NCBI GenBank assembly: GCA_965285935.1
Contig: OZ260663.1
Coordinates: 68,262,001-68,326,000, forward strand
DNA from: Ophelia neglecta
Taxonomy: Eukaryota
DNA: 64,000 bases
Direction: 5' to 3'
In this document: positions 1 to 13,694 of the stretch, piece after piece
How the letters are laid out: each line of letters begins with the position of its first letter
How positions within the stretch are numbered: position 1 is the stretch's first letter
Program-made: the position numbers and the translations under genes
Notes under the pieces: generated by a model
The model's database searches: none
What the model saw: only the letters and a program-made list of their open reading frames with translations
What the model was told of the DNA's origin: nothing

Positions 1-1300
1 TTCTTATCAAAATAACCAAGAAAACAATGCTTCTCTGTAGGTCGCCTGAGGTGCCCAATGATTGGTCACCTCATAAGATGTATACCTACCCGACTGATTT
101 ATCAGTGCTCGTACACTCTGATGTCTACCTAAGGTATTCAAATTACCGTCGAGAACTCCAGGACAGTATAACTCACTGTCACGCACATAAAACAATGGAT
201 GCTTAATGAATATAGAGTCCTACTAGAGACTCTTCAGTCACGAAGGAAAAAGAAAACTAGAATGTATTCGGACAATGGTAGATTAGTTTCTCTTTTGATG
301 TAAGAATTAATGTTGGCGAAGCATATAAGAAATATTATTATTGAAAACGTTAAGATCGTAAAACCTCAAATATTACCACTGCGTCGGCCCTGATATCGGT
401 AAAGCCCTTTACGCGTATCACCATGGCCCCGGTTAATTTTATATGGAACTTTACCCCTTATCTCTAACGACTTCTCCCTCTAATACATTTTATGTAGGAG
501 AGAAATTACCAATCTGTATAATTTTAAATACACAGACTAGTAAAGATCGCCCCAAGTTATTAGTAGCTGTTAAGAGGGATGACCGTGAACCAAAACGATC
601 AGAAAAAGCTATCCTATCATTGTTAAGTTTGATTTCGTATTCGGTGACAGCCTTTAAGCAGGGAAGGCATTGCAGTGAGTTCAACATGATTTTTTTAGCC
701 AAGTCCCAGCCATAGTAGTTAGTGGGAGTACCCATCCCGCCATTGTTCCACCTGATTATATTGATGATGGTACTACGCAGGGCGTTTAATCGAGCGGGAA
801 ACAACCAGGTATTAAATAAACAGACAGATGACGTAAAATGTCTGCCAGAGACAAGGCCGGGCTCTGTGAAGTGACACCAGATGGCAATAAAATGTTTCAG
901 GTCATCAAATGATTCCTGACATTGTTTGAATAACACAGGACATTTGGACCGAATATTTGTCATAAGTAATTGAATCCAGGGAATTGTTTGGCGGCCAATT
1001 AGGGTCCGGTGCCCGTCAATTTTCTGCAAGACTGTCTTTCTAGATGAAATACAAAAACTCATCGGTATCCTGTTAGTGCGATGATTATATTAACCGCCAA
1101 AAGCAGGACATTTATTCCAGGAAAATGGCGGCTTGACAGCGTCCTAGGTACCATGCGCTGCGTCAAATCCGCTCGGAGAATTTCCTATAAACATGTTTTC
1201 CATTCTTTTAACAATGTCAGGGTATGTTCAGAGATATGTACTAATGGATCTGAATTTCGTCATATCGTGGTTAATGCATCAGGAAATCAAATTTGCATCG
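1..1300 (-). mobile_element. Highly decayed Ty3/Gypsy-like LTR retrotransposon pol remnant (RT C-terminus, RNase H, integrase N-terminus)
   Basis: Minus-strand translations give QCQESFDDLK (RT connection, cf. CQxAFxxLK), NNGGMGTPTNYYGWDL...LQCLPCLKAVTEY (RNase H-like) and FYVRDSELY...HWAPQATY...FSW (integrase Zn-binding-like), in Gypsy domain order running off the left edge. Motifs are eroded and were recognised by eye. Confidence 0.5.
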
Positions 1301-4012
1301 GCAAAAAAAGTCAATCGTGAGGGATTGTTACGTTGCTATAATACAAGACTGGTATGCACAAGACAGGCCTGTAACTTGTGCTGCGGGCAACTCTCTGTGG
1401 GTCAACCAACCACACAAGGTTTATATATAGGCCTAGAACTGTCCTATTGTCGAGCATCACCTAGAATATACTGTATTTTATGATTTTATGGAAAAAAATT
1501 AAAGCAAAAAGCAGGTATTATTGTCTTATTTGCAATCGCACAAACGTACTACACGGTGTAGTAAAGGCACTCCGCGTAGGGACCAGTTTGAGAAGTGATG
1601 CCCGCGAAATTTGGAAAGTAATTTCGGTCCGCGATCATTACACGTGACCTCTTTTTAAGCCTAAGATTATTATATATGATATAATATTATGTTCTTTTGT
1701 TACAGCAAAGTACAGTACATAAATGAAAATGCGCACATTTTTTAACCGCTTAAGAAAGACAGAACTGTGTGTGGTTTCTGGACTGTATAGACTCGACAGT
1801 GTACACTGTAGTCACGTCATTTGCCAATGCCTTGTGTTCTTAAAACACAGCTTTACGGTCTTTATGTTGTTTTCTAGATTTTCCTTCAAGGTCATCGGGC
1901 CTAAAAACTGCACGCTTAATGCAAATAAACTGTATACCTTAGAGCATTTAAAATTATTTAATGTACCAATGATCACGCATACATATGGCCATAACAATAC
2001 GCGTAAAGCGCTTAACGGAGCATCACTGTCTACATTGTGAATTTGAGACGCATTTGGCCATTTTCCTTTCCTCTTCATTCCTTAGCTATGGTCGACAAAT
2101 TGCTCTGCAGATGCCGATTTGGTAAATATGGAAATGAGAGATGCCGTCTGAAATGATGGCAAGTTTTTGATGCATTAGGAAGATGAATCCCTTGTGCATA
2201 TGGTTTTCCATGTAAAAAGTGCTCGCTATTGTGAAAGATGGTAAGATTGCATTTTTACTCGATAACCAACCAACAACAACTGAGAGACTAACACAGTAGC
2301 AACACACATTGATTTAGCCAAATAGCCTATGTGCAAAAGGTGTCAGCGTGCAATCCGAAATTTTTTAATTCATTAGTATATGATAATAGTTAACAATTGT
2401 TGCTCCAGTGAAGAGTTTCATTGTAAGCATATACAGGATAGCCATGACTATAACACACTCGGTAGGGGCGGAGGAATATGTTATTCTAGCCAAATGCGAG
2501 AGACCCGAATGTTGTGAACATTATCAGAATGTGTAATCTGTTTAATGTAATCCTTACTGAGATACTGACAAAATGAAACACTGACAATGGCTTAGGTCAA
2601 GCACTTTGTTTCAAAAGGTCAGAATATCAGTCATCCTTTGTATGAATTTATCACAAAATAACATTTGGTTCCCATGTAAAATAGTTCCTCAGGGAAATAA
2701 CAAGTCCAAAGAAATCGACAATGAAGTGGTAGATACTATCATAGTAACTGGTACCATAATCTACCAGATATATTCGTATGAGTCTTTATGGGACAAAGCT
2801 TGTGTACATAGTTTTATATTGTAAATTTATTGGGAATGTAAATTAGTAATGTAAATGTAAAATAGCTATGAATGCTTGACAATTGTCTACAGGCCTCTTA
2901 ACATATTAGATATATGCATAATTTTGCGTCAAAAAGGTCCTTGAAAATTTTGGACATTCGGATATATATATCCGAAGATATGTAAGGCTAGACTTAAAGA
3001 CTGTGTAACTTTATACATGTAATAACACGAGTGTAGTGTCAACTGGACACGCCCAGAAATGCATAGCATATTTCCAAGTGTGAATTTTACATTCCCGAAT
3101 GGCCCGACCTTGTTATCATTGATCGAGACTTATGCCAATGTGTTAAAAATCACTATATTCTTTGCTCATAACGATGCGTCACCTTTTGAGACTGGCAGCT
3201 GGACAAAGATTGTCCTTGATCTGCCACCCGCGATCCAATATTGCCAAATATTTTACCAGAAAACTCGCAGGGCACGGACGATTTAAAAATCCATGTGTGA
3301 TATAGTGTAAAAAGTAGTTTAAATTATAACCTATAGGTCCTTCGAGATAAAAAAAAAAATCATTTGGATACGCTTTGCCTCTGCTATAGAGATGATAGAA
3401 CACGATGTTGTTTAGGATGTGATCTGATTATTATGCATAAGCTGAAGGTAAAATACTCCCATGGCCATCTTTGTCTGGTGTTTTTATGATTGCGCAGAAC
3501 AACACAGATACAGACACAATCAGGCAGAACTGTCTGTGGGCTTTAATTACCATCCTTACATGGGCAACAAGCTGGCACAAATCTCTACTCGACATCGGTC
3601 GAGCTCGTTCCAAGTACCCACTCACTTGTTAACTCTGTAGTTGTCAGATGAACAATTTAGTCAGGATAGCATCTAATGTAACCTTTCTTCCCTAAAGAAA
3701 GAAGCATTGAATGATAAAGCATGCGACCATTCATTTTTCAGATAGATTTGTAAGAGAATGATCTAAAACAAGTATTGATCTTTTCCCGGCTGTATTGTAA
3801 TTACCTTATTAATTGTCTTATTTTGTTAGATCTGATAATCACGGAATCTCTGTTGGGGTACATTCCGATTATAGGGCTTTGCCTATAACCATTGCAAAAT
3901 TTGAAATCTTCTGACAAACTGGTCCCCTTGCAATATTTTGTTCAAATCAACACATTATTGTTAAAGTCGGCCACAGACATACGACCATACATTCCCCATA
4001 AACAGCCATAGC

Positions 4013-4234
4013 NNNNNNNNNNNNNNNNNNNNNNNNNNNNNNNNNNNNNNNNNNNNNNNNNNNNNNNNNNNNNNNNNNNNNNNNNNNNNNNNNNNNNNNN
4101 NNNNNNNNNNNNNNNNNNNNNNNNNNNNNNNNNNNNNNNNNNNNNNNNNNNNNNNNNNNNNNNNNNNNNNNNNNNNNNNNNNNNNNNNNNNNNNNNNNNN
4201 NNNNNNNNNNNNNNNNNNNNNNNNNNNNNNNNNN
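4013..4234. other. Assembly gap (222 N)
   Basis: Run of N in the sequence. Confidence 1.
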
Positions 4235-7200
4235 GTATGACGCATGTGATATTCACTAAGCAGACGAGATGTGTGATAGGTGCATCATGTAATTACGGTT
4301 TGTTAAGTCCTTCTCTTCCCTTCATTGCAGCTCACTGTCGTGTCGTCTGCCAGATAACGCTATCCGTTATCGTATCCTTAATACTACTCTAGTAAAGCCA
4401 GATAAATGACAACAGCTTCTAAATTAGCCTTTTGATTTACCCCAATATGACATATGTTTTACGGTCATGACCTACATGTCCTCCCAAGCCGATTCCGCTG
4501 TTGCTTTGTTGGAGTGTTTAAAAGAGTGATTTCCGATTTTTCATTACACAAAGAAAAGGTTGCAAAATGTTTAGGCGCTTGAAATGTCGTTTGCGATTTT
4601 ATTACCACCTTGTGATATGTTTGCTTCACTGTTTAGTATACCCATGTACATTTTTGAATAAAAGGAATATGTATATGTTTTATTTATGATGATCTTATGT
4701 ATACTCCATTTATTCCTCTAGTTCACAAATAAGCAACTGTATACATATATATGTGCTAGATCTCGCAGACTTCTCCTGCGAAATACTTGGGAAATAAATA
4801 TTGAAGTCGTGCTAGTTTTGCTATTGCGCCATAAATGTGACATATTGTTCACTGATTACTGTTTCTTTTGAACTACATGTATATACCTTTGGTCTTTGAA
4901 AACGTACATTAGCCTAATACTGGTAACCATCCGGCTATGCTATAGCCTAGCCATACTCCGGAGTTTTATAAGGTGCCGTAAGTTAAGTATCTTTTAGTAG
5001 CTCCAACACTATGTAATATACTCAAATTAAGGCATAAAAATAAGCACCTTGAGGTCAAATGACATTTGAATTCTGACAGTTAACCGTCTAGTATAGTTTG
5101 ACGAAGAAGAAAAGCGATTGAGCTCTCAGTGCGGACCCACATATTAGAACCTAACTACTTCCTGTGTGCCAGAACATTGATTGTTACCCTCTGGCTAATG
5201 GAAGTGGACTACCTGGCATTATCGCTCATACAGGTCAATTGAATCCCAATAAATCAGCCCATCAGCTGGATAACGTAGACATACTAACCTGCCTCCGCCT
5301 ATTGTGATAGCAGGACAGATTCTCCCAAGTGACCATCGTGACATTTGAAACGCTTTCATTTGTCAGGACAACAGTTTGCCCTGCAGTAAAAATTGCATGG
5401 TCGCTGTTGACCCTGTCACTTGAAACGAGTCTTCTTGATATAGGCCTTAGCCCTGGCTATCTTCCCATTCCAGAACAAATGAGCTGACGGAATTTAGTGT
5501 TCCCTATAGCCTACCGTCTAGGAATCCCGGCCAGTAATATGAAATTAATCCGAAGTAAACGCACACCCAATCATCCCCTATCTCCTAAAGGCCATCATTT
5601 TACTACTTTCATTCCCAGACTGGTGACAACGAGTGTTGAACTCCTTTTTTGGGGTGGCTTATATCCTCATTCAAGGTCAATATAAGCCCTTCTGGGTCCC
5701 TCTTCCTGATTTCCTAGCAGCCTTTGTTAATGGTCGTTTATGGCATACGGTTTTTGGTTTCATCTGGTTTCAGGGTTGTTTGATGGCTGCTTTATGGAGC
5801 TTTGCCAAATTATGGAGAAATTTGATGGCAATTTTCGCCATTTGCTGTGTAGAAATTGGGTCGTTTGAAAATGGCCCGAATAGCCTCGGTTACACCCAAG
5901 CGCGCTCAGACGAACACAGAAAATGGGCAATAATATTAATCTGACCTCCCTACGCGGTTGTTTGTCATGTATTCCTGGTCATGTCATATTAATAAGCATT
6001 CACGAGAGCTACAAAGCAAATATCAAATCCCAAGCCATGCATATATACTGGCACACGTATATCGTCTGGAGTCGTTTAACGAGTCTGACGTCTGCAATTT
6101 GCAATGAAAGCTTTGTTTATTGTGGTCCCTGGGAAGGGGAAGGAAAGGGCAATTGAAACGGCGTAATGAAGATCTAGAGAATAAACCTCAGAAAACCTCA
6201 TTAGCACTATTTGTCTCTAGAAATAATAAGAAAGTGTTATGCGCTTCAAAATATTTTCGTCATTCGATGGACCGAGAAAGGGCATAGGCCTATTGTAAAA
6301 TGAAAGTTTGCAGTTTCAGTTCAAACAGGGATGACAGGCGCTACCACTGGTCATACTGCCGTTAATTCATTAGGAAAAGCCTGGCCTTTACTAAGCGTAG
6401 TCTCGCCGCTCTGAGGTTTGATTATAGAGTTCAAACTATGAATAATTGGCAGCAAGTCAACGAAAAAAAACATTAAAGAATATATCCCCACCATTTCATC
6501 CCCTTTATCAGCTCCGAGGGAGTGATAAAGTGTAGATTATAGATTTTATCACGTCTCTCATCAGTTACCTCAGAATCTAGTGAAGATCTAAGCCACTCTG
6601 CAAAGAGGACTCAGAAGCTTGCCATATTGAATCTCATGAAACTTCCTGAAGCATCGAACCTTAAGGACACTAGTGACCAAAAATATGATGGCTCAATTTG
6701 AGTGCTGAGTTGCTAAGACCGGAATAAATTTGCCATCAATATAGTACACTGCACTGATCATGACGGATGGAAGATGGCGCTCTCACCCTTTTACCTATAG
6801 TCGCTAAGTGGAATGAAGCCTTGTAGTTTAAAATTGTATGTATATCACTATATGTATTTGGCTTCAGTGTTCATGTTAAATGCATTTAGAGTGTAAATAA
6901 CAAGAAATTGGCCGACGAAGGCAGCAAATTCTTTTATAAAAAAAAGAAAAGAAAAAGTGCACTGTCTTTGTTTAAAAGCTTGCTACGCTTTTCTTGACTC
7001 ACTGCACATAAAAAAAGTACGTTGTTGCAACGAATCTTCTTTTCTAATCACTTTTCAAAAAGCAAATGAAAAATATATATCCAAGATTTACCTGATGTGA
7101 GGTCCAGTCGATCAAAATGTTTATGCCCGTGATACCCTTGCAAGGCTATAGTAAGATTTCTCAAACTCATTTTAAATTTATAGGTCATCTATACATTTCA

Positions 7201-10200
7201 AAATTAATGTGTTTTTATGAAGTTCTTTTTTTATACTTTAACGTGGGAAGGCGCGATACCAGAATGTACTCCTGACAATGTGCCAGTAAGATACTTTACT
7301 CTGTTATATTTCTAAGAATTTCAGGGTTGATTTTTCCTCAGGGGCACGGTGTCTTCAATATATGTACTTATATTAACTCTATAGGCAAGGGAATACGCGA
7401 AGAATAAAAACCGATCAGGTACGCAATGAAGCCTTGATTTTACAGCCAGCGGCATTTTGCTCATTTGATCCCCGGTTCAAAGCCAAGAGGACCGGCATAT
7501 CGTCTACCGAAGAGGACGCCGTATATAAGCTTCGCCGAATGCTAGACACAAGGCTCCATGGCATTTAAACGACCGCTTTCTAAACTCGAGATGTATTAGT
7601 ATTCAAGGCTTTGTCTCTTCCTTCTTTTTGTAATATAATACCGGCTTACAATTCCAAACTAGGCTTTTTTACGATTCGAGTTGATGCTGAGAGCGATATT
7701 TAAAGTTATTGACAATGCAAAGATGGAGGCATATATAGGACTGCACAAAAGCTGTCTGGCATTGAAAGACAGCTGTTTTGCTAGAGGCTCTCTAGCGTAG
7801 GCGATGGTTTCTTTTCCGAACCATGCCTAAGCCTATAATGGCGGGAATTCATGACAAGAATAGTGCAAAATAATTAGTTGAGGTGAGACTGCTTGTCTCG
7901 GTTTAATTCTTCGATAGGCGAGACTATGCGTGGCTTTTTATCGCATTTCAAGGATTGCAAAAAAGACATGACCGTGCTGACAACTGTCGCGCCCTTCTTT
8001 TCTCATTCTTGGTGCAGTTAAAATTTTGACGGGTATTGTTCTGACGTCATACAGCACATTTCTTTGGCTAGACGTTGCAGAGCCTGCTAACTGTTGACTC
8101 GGAAGACCCCGTATTTGGTCGCATAGATTGCTCGGGCGGACAAAGTTATTATTGACGCATACTTGAGCACGACCGAAAAAGTGCAACCAAAAGACTTCCT
8201 ACCCACGAGTCATTTTGCATTAGATGTTAAATTGGGTCAGATTTGCATATAAAAGCAACAACGTGACTTCTCATTTCCTCAATTAAGCAGATATCGACAA
8301 ACACTCTTTTTATCGCCTGCGCAGTGGTTAACTATGTCATTTTAGCTTGGAAATGGCAGATCGTTTTTTCCCAATTTGTCGAAGTCTGTATTTTATTGTC
8401 AATCCACCATTATCTTTTAGTCATTTGGTTTTTTTGGGCATGCACGTGTCTAGAAAGCCGCTCGGGCAGTCGCTCGGATCCTTTATTAATGCATAGACGG
8501 TTGGATAGTACCCCTGAAGAAATTAATCATCGGTTGGACCCACTTGCCAATAATCACTTCCGTTCACTGAATATTTTAACTAATTTACTGATTGGGAACA
8601 TAGCAGAAAGATCGTAACTGTATAAAAAAAATTTTCGTGCGCATTTCGCGGTTTGCACGTAAATACGGTGCAAACAGCATCGCATATCACCAAGCCATCC
8701 TTTCACGAAAGGTTTTGAAAAAGGTTACTCGAAATTGACGAAATAATCCTTGCGCACATCACAATACCGGTTTGATACCATTTTTGCTATCCATATTTTG
8801 ACAGCTGATTGGTCCCTGACCTATGTCACTGATATGACCCGTCATTTTAAAAAAACGCCTTTCAATGGACCTTTGTTGGTATAGGTGTTGTCATCCTACA
8901 TATTCCGATCCATTTAAGACTATTTTTTGTGTAATTCAGGATCTCTAAAACGGAAGAGAACGTTTTACCTTGTGCGAGAATGGTGTAAATTTTGAAGTTT
9001 ACCATCTAGATTTATTATACACACTCACGGGCCCATTAATAGCAATGGATAATAAAGAGGAGTCCAAAGTGGTGTGTTTATCGTAAAACTGCACCATCCA
9101 TGCGGAAAAATCCTCCTGACGACGAAAATTACAGACAGGCCTAGTTTAAATCTGACTATGAGATATGTATGTGATGTCGGTTATCGCCATTGTGGGTGAA
9201 TTTTCTTGTATGCCGTCAGTAAATGAAATTGTTTCAAGTATTGAATTTAAATCAAACATAAAGTGTAAAGCTGTCTGTTCCTGCAGGTATTGAAATCAAT
9301 TTTTTAAGCTTTAGGAAAAGAGGTTGGGGTTTGTATGCCGAACTACTCCATACATTCTCTTAAACCTTTCAAAAATTAACTGCGACTAGGCCTATATTCC
9401 TTGTCTATTTGGCTTGCATATAGAATATAGTAACCAACTAAGAACAAATCCCGAGATTCTTAAAAAATTCAGAGGTCTTGAATCCGCTCTTGCAATCGTA
9501 TCGATTTATCAAAGTTTTCTTCAAGGCAGGTCTACTTGTCTCAAGAAGCCTCCCCTAACTCCATAAGACTGAGCAGGCTTTGCTTAGCTCTTGCGCTACA
9601 TGACGCCTTTGCAAATGTTCGTTGTGTTGTCTTTATTTTTGCTAAATTTAGGCATAGGTGAAATCAAAAATCTCTCTTCTTCTGCATTAAGCGCATCGAA
9701 AAATTATCTGGGCGGCCGCGTGTACATCTGGTTATATACGGGCTGCAAATGGCGGGAACACCGGAGAGACATGTCTACCCGAGTAATCTGTTTACCATGT
9801 CTAATCATACCTGATTGGCAGCCACCTGCTGCAACAAATTGGATACATTCAAATGCGCTTTTGTTACTTTTGTGATTGTGCTTGGATGCAACAAAATATG
9901 TGCCAGTCTGTCAGATATTCTTGTTTAATTGTTTTTACTAAATATAGGTCGGGTATTCGCACACCTAAACTTACGTTCGTCACAGCAAGCCCAGATGGCA
10001 TCTCATTGCGATTTAGCTAATGACCGAAGGAGGCGCCATTACCAGTGTTGTAATCAGGCGGAGGCCGTAAGGTTCTGTAACCAGCCGATAGGGCGACATC
10101 CCTAGCTACGCTCCAAAGGGATAGGCAAAGAGGCTGGCTTGAATGGATCTCGAATGAAAAATTCCGTCCGCAGAACTGCCACCAGTCGCCTAAGGACCAC

Positions 10201-13200
10201 TGATTACTGCGGTCACAGGCCACAAATCAGTGCTGTTCGTAACAACAACAGGACGAGCGAATAAAAATGAAGAAAATCAACGGCCTATAAAAGGCAATGT
10301 TTTCATGTAGGCGTTGTGTACCGTTTTTGTTCCCTTTGGCTATTTTGAAGCTGTATCCACTGCCCGCTTTGGCAGCAAGGTTTAGGCAACATCAAAATGA
10401 AGCAGGACCCAATTAAGATGATTTAGGACTGGCTAAAAGTTCAAATTGAGTTGCAAATTAATTTTTATTCTCTTCATTAGTTCTTTCGATAGGAAAGTGT
10501 TCGTAGGTAAGCGTTTGACAAAATACCGATTCTGCTTTATTACCTCAAGGGTTGGTGAAGTAGTCCTGCCATGAGGACAATGAAAATTATGTCTACGCAG
10601 AAAAGATACATGAATTTCACAATAAACAGAAAGTGTACATCCGGTAAATTTATGTCAAGGAAATTATGTACAATTCAATTTAAATTTTATTGCGGTGTTG
10701 AATAGGCTATAAACCTTTTAATAACCTGTTGGTTGTTGTTTTATGTAGATTATCACCAACTTCTTATGGGATTCCTTTGACCTTGATTGCCGAATCAGAG
10801 TACAGCTATGGTTCTAAGATGTCCAGAGTACATTGTACACCTAAGAAAAATATGTAAAATGTGCCATATTCAAAATACTGTCTACATCAGGTTTTCTAAA
10901 CACAGTGCATGGAATACAGCGGAGATAACCTTTACTAACGTTATAATATAAATTATATCCCTACAGAGTAAACAAATCTCCCGAAACCACCTAAAATGTC
11001 ATTGCAGCTTATATACAACGCGTGCACCTTAAGGCAGTTGTTTGAAATGAAACCCTTTATTTAGATACTTGACCAGACAGCTATGTTTTCAACCTTTCAG
11101 GGTTGTATGCGATGAATGTTATTTCACACTGGCTCAGGCTATTTATATTAAGAACGTCGCCAGGTAGCTAATTTGATATATGTGGCGCTTAGTAATCAAA
11201 TGATTTACAGGCCATTTCGTTTCGAGGGAATAGTTAACAATTTCTACTCTGCTTGCTTTTTACTCCCGTTTTTGTTTTGTCTTGTTTCAAGGGAGTGGTA
11301 TTCCACAGATCATTTTTTATCGTCCTAGCGCATATTTCGCTGTTTTATTTTTGTTTGTTTTTTGTTCGTGCCCATTATCATTAAACCTGTTGAATACTAT
11401 TTATTGCAACTGATATCAATTTTTTTTGTTATTATTATGAATTCCGTAGCAATCTTATTATCAGTTAGAGAACTTGGGTTGATGTTTGTGGGTAGTTTTC
11501 TTAGGGAGTTCTACCGTTTTAATGGATACTTCCGATTAAAAGTTAGCATTGTCTCTCATGTATCTTCTCCCGTTTTTCTAGTCTGATAAGAATAAAGTGT
11601 TACCTTGTATATGCTCAAAACGTTATTCTGATATTCACATTGAAGAAGAAATCGTGGTACATAAGTATAATGGCCAACTGTAAGGCAGATGTATTTTGAG
11701 GCGGCGGAGTTTCTAAATATCGGAGAATAATTCCATAAGAAATATGTCATTTGGCAATTTTGTGTGGTACCGGCTTATGCTCGTTCCCTTAAACGGTTTA
11801 TGCGCGACCGGTTTACCGGGCAATGCTCCATCTGTTTACCGTGTTAAGCATGATTCGTTTATGGTCCTTAAACGGAATATACAATTGGTAAGTCGGGGCT
11901 ATGTATGTATATCCGTAGACAGAGCCTGGGGCCTGGCCTATATATTAAGCAGACAGCAACTAAATATATAATCCATAGTACTTACACTGGTACAGTGGAT
12001 ATTAAGAGGCCATACTTCTGTCCATAATAATTGTACCAATTGCTCGCAAGTATCAAGCAAGAGTGGTTTAGGAGGCGTGTTATGTGAGTAAATATGATAT
12101 TTAAAGATATAAATAGATGAACTAATAAAGCACTGTAATTTACGCCAGATTACACGCAAAGCTGAAGGTGAACTAAATTGCTGTTCGGTTTAAATAGATA
12201 ATTAAAATATCGAGCTGCATGAGGTCTGTTAATTAGGTCAATATGTTTCCCTTTGTTTCACTTCATAAATACCACTTCTACTCTTAGAGATTATAAAAAG
12301 GGACATATTGTGCACTATTTTTCCACTAGATACTATGTAACTACCTCTGCCTAGTAAAGTCAGCGAATGTAAAAGGAAGAAAAATAGACAATTTCACGGG
12401 CTCACATAACTCTTCAAAATAGAAAGTACAAAAGCTATGTTTGCGCAGACGAAAAACATGGCTAGTGCATTCGGCTTCACGTAACTTTTTATACGACATT
12501 CTTAAACTGTCAGGTGGCCCCTTTGAAAAGCACATACAGGCACATTATGGATACGTGCGTTTGTTTGTGAAATTAGGGCCAAAATACTGTGAAGAGCCAT
12601 GTTTATCTTACGATTTGAGCTTGAAAAGCCTACTTTATTTCCGCTGTTGCTTTTTTGATATACACCGTTCACAATCACAGACGTATTGAGTGTATTGAGA
12701 CTTATATTGTAGAATTTTTCCCTCTTATGCCAGAATGCCGTATGATGGAAGGAACCGCTTGACAAAATTTGATTTGACCAACAAACCATACACACATGGA
12801 CCAACTGAAGTTAGGTTTTCGTGTACGTGAATAGTAAAGTGATTTCCGACGCCATCATTACGCCACAAACAATTTGCGTCATTTTCATTTTGTTACATAA
12901 TAAAAATCACTCGGAAGTCAGACGATGAAAAGCGCATCTTTCCTGAAATAGTTCCGACCACTTTTGGAGATTTGGTCCCTTTGTTATAAATTGGGATGCG
13001 TTTAAGCCCTAGAATTCTGAAGGTATGCCCAACAAATGCATGAATCTATTTTCTTCTCATGGTTTCCTTTTTTGTAGATACGACGACTCCACTTATGGAA
13101 CAAATGAGCAGTTAATTTTTCGTCAATTACTAAAGAGCTGTCGATCTGTTCTTATAATTGCGGATTTTCCTGAGTTCGAACAATGATGCAATTCAGTTTC

Positions 13201-13672
13201 CGCCAATAATGTTCTTATTTCATTGCATTAATTAACCATATTGGTCTCGTTGGCATCCAGAGTAGCTCAGCTTCCCGTGAATGATTGTATTGTTTCTTTT
13301 GTTTAGACGAGACAACCAGGAATTCAGGCCTCAGAAAGAGGGCTCTGGAGAACTGAACTGGCACTCAACTGAAATAGCTGAAATGTTTCTGGCTATAACT
13401 ACGCCGACTCAATGCGTAACGAATCGTGTTCCATCGCCATCAAAACACACCCGATCAATGTCGTCTGCCTGTCGGTTGTCTGTTGAATTTGATTTATGCA
13501 GCGGTAACATTTACTTGTTCCAACGGTCATATGTAGCAGAAAAAATATGGTGTAGCTACTTTGTGGGTCTAATTCGTCCACCGTGGCAGTTAAGACCATT
13601 TGGCAATTTAACCTACCGGTTTAATCAACCAAAATGCCTTCAGGTTTTTTTTTTAAAAACGCGGCCACATAT

Positions 13673-13694
13673 TATATATATATATATATATATA
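13673..13694. repeat. (TA)n microsatellite
   Basis: Directly visible; a second short TA run lies near 13753-13767. Confidence 0.9.

Noticed and set aside
490-1062. 190-aa ORF as a functional gene
   Set aside because: It is better explained as part of a decayed Gypsy pol; catalytic motifs are eroded and there is no splice or host-gene signature.
2957-2976. Perfect 20-bp palindrome TTCGGATATATATATCCGAA
   Set aside because: Half of it is a self-complementary TA run, and nothing else supports a function.
5600-5900. Possible LINE endonuclease fragment on the minus strand (KAARKSGR)
   Set aside because: A single weak motif is insufficient.
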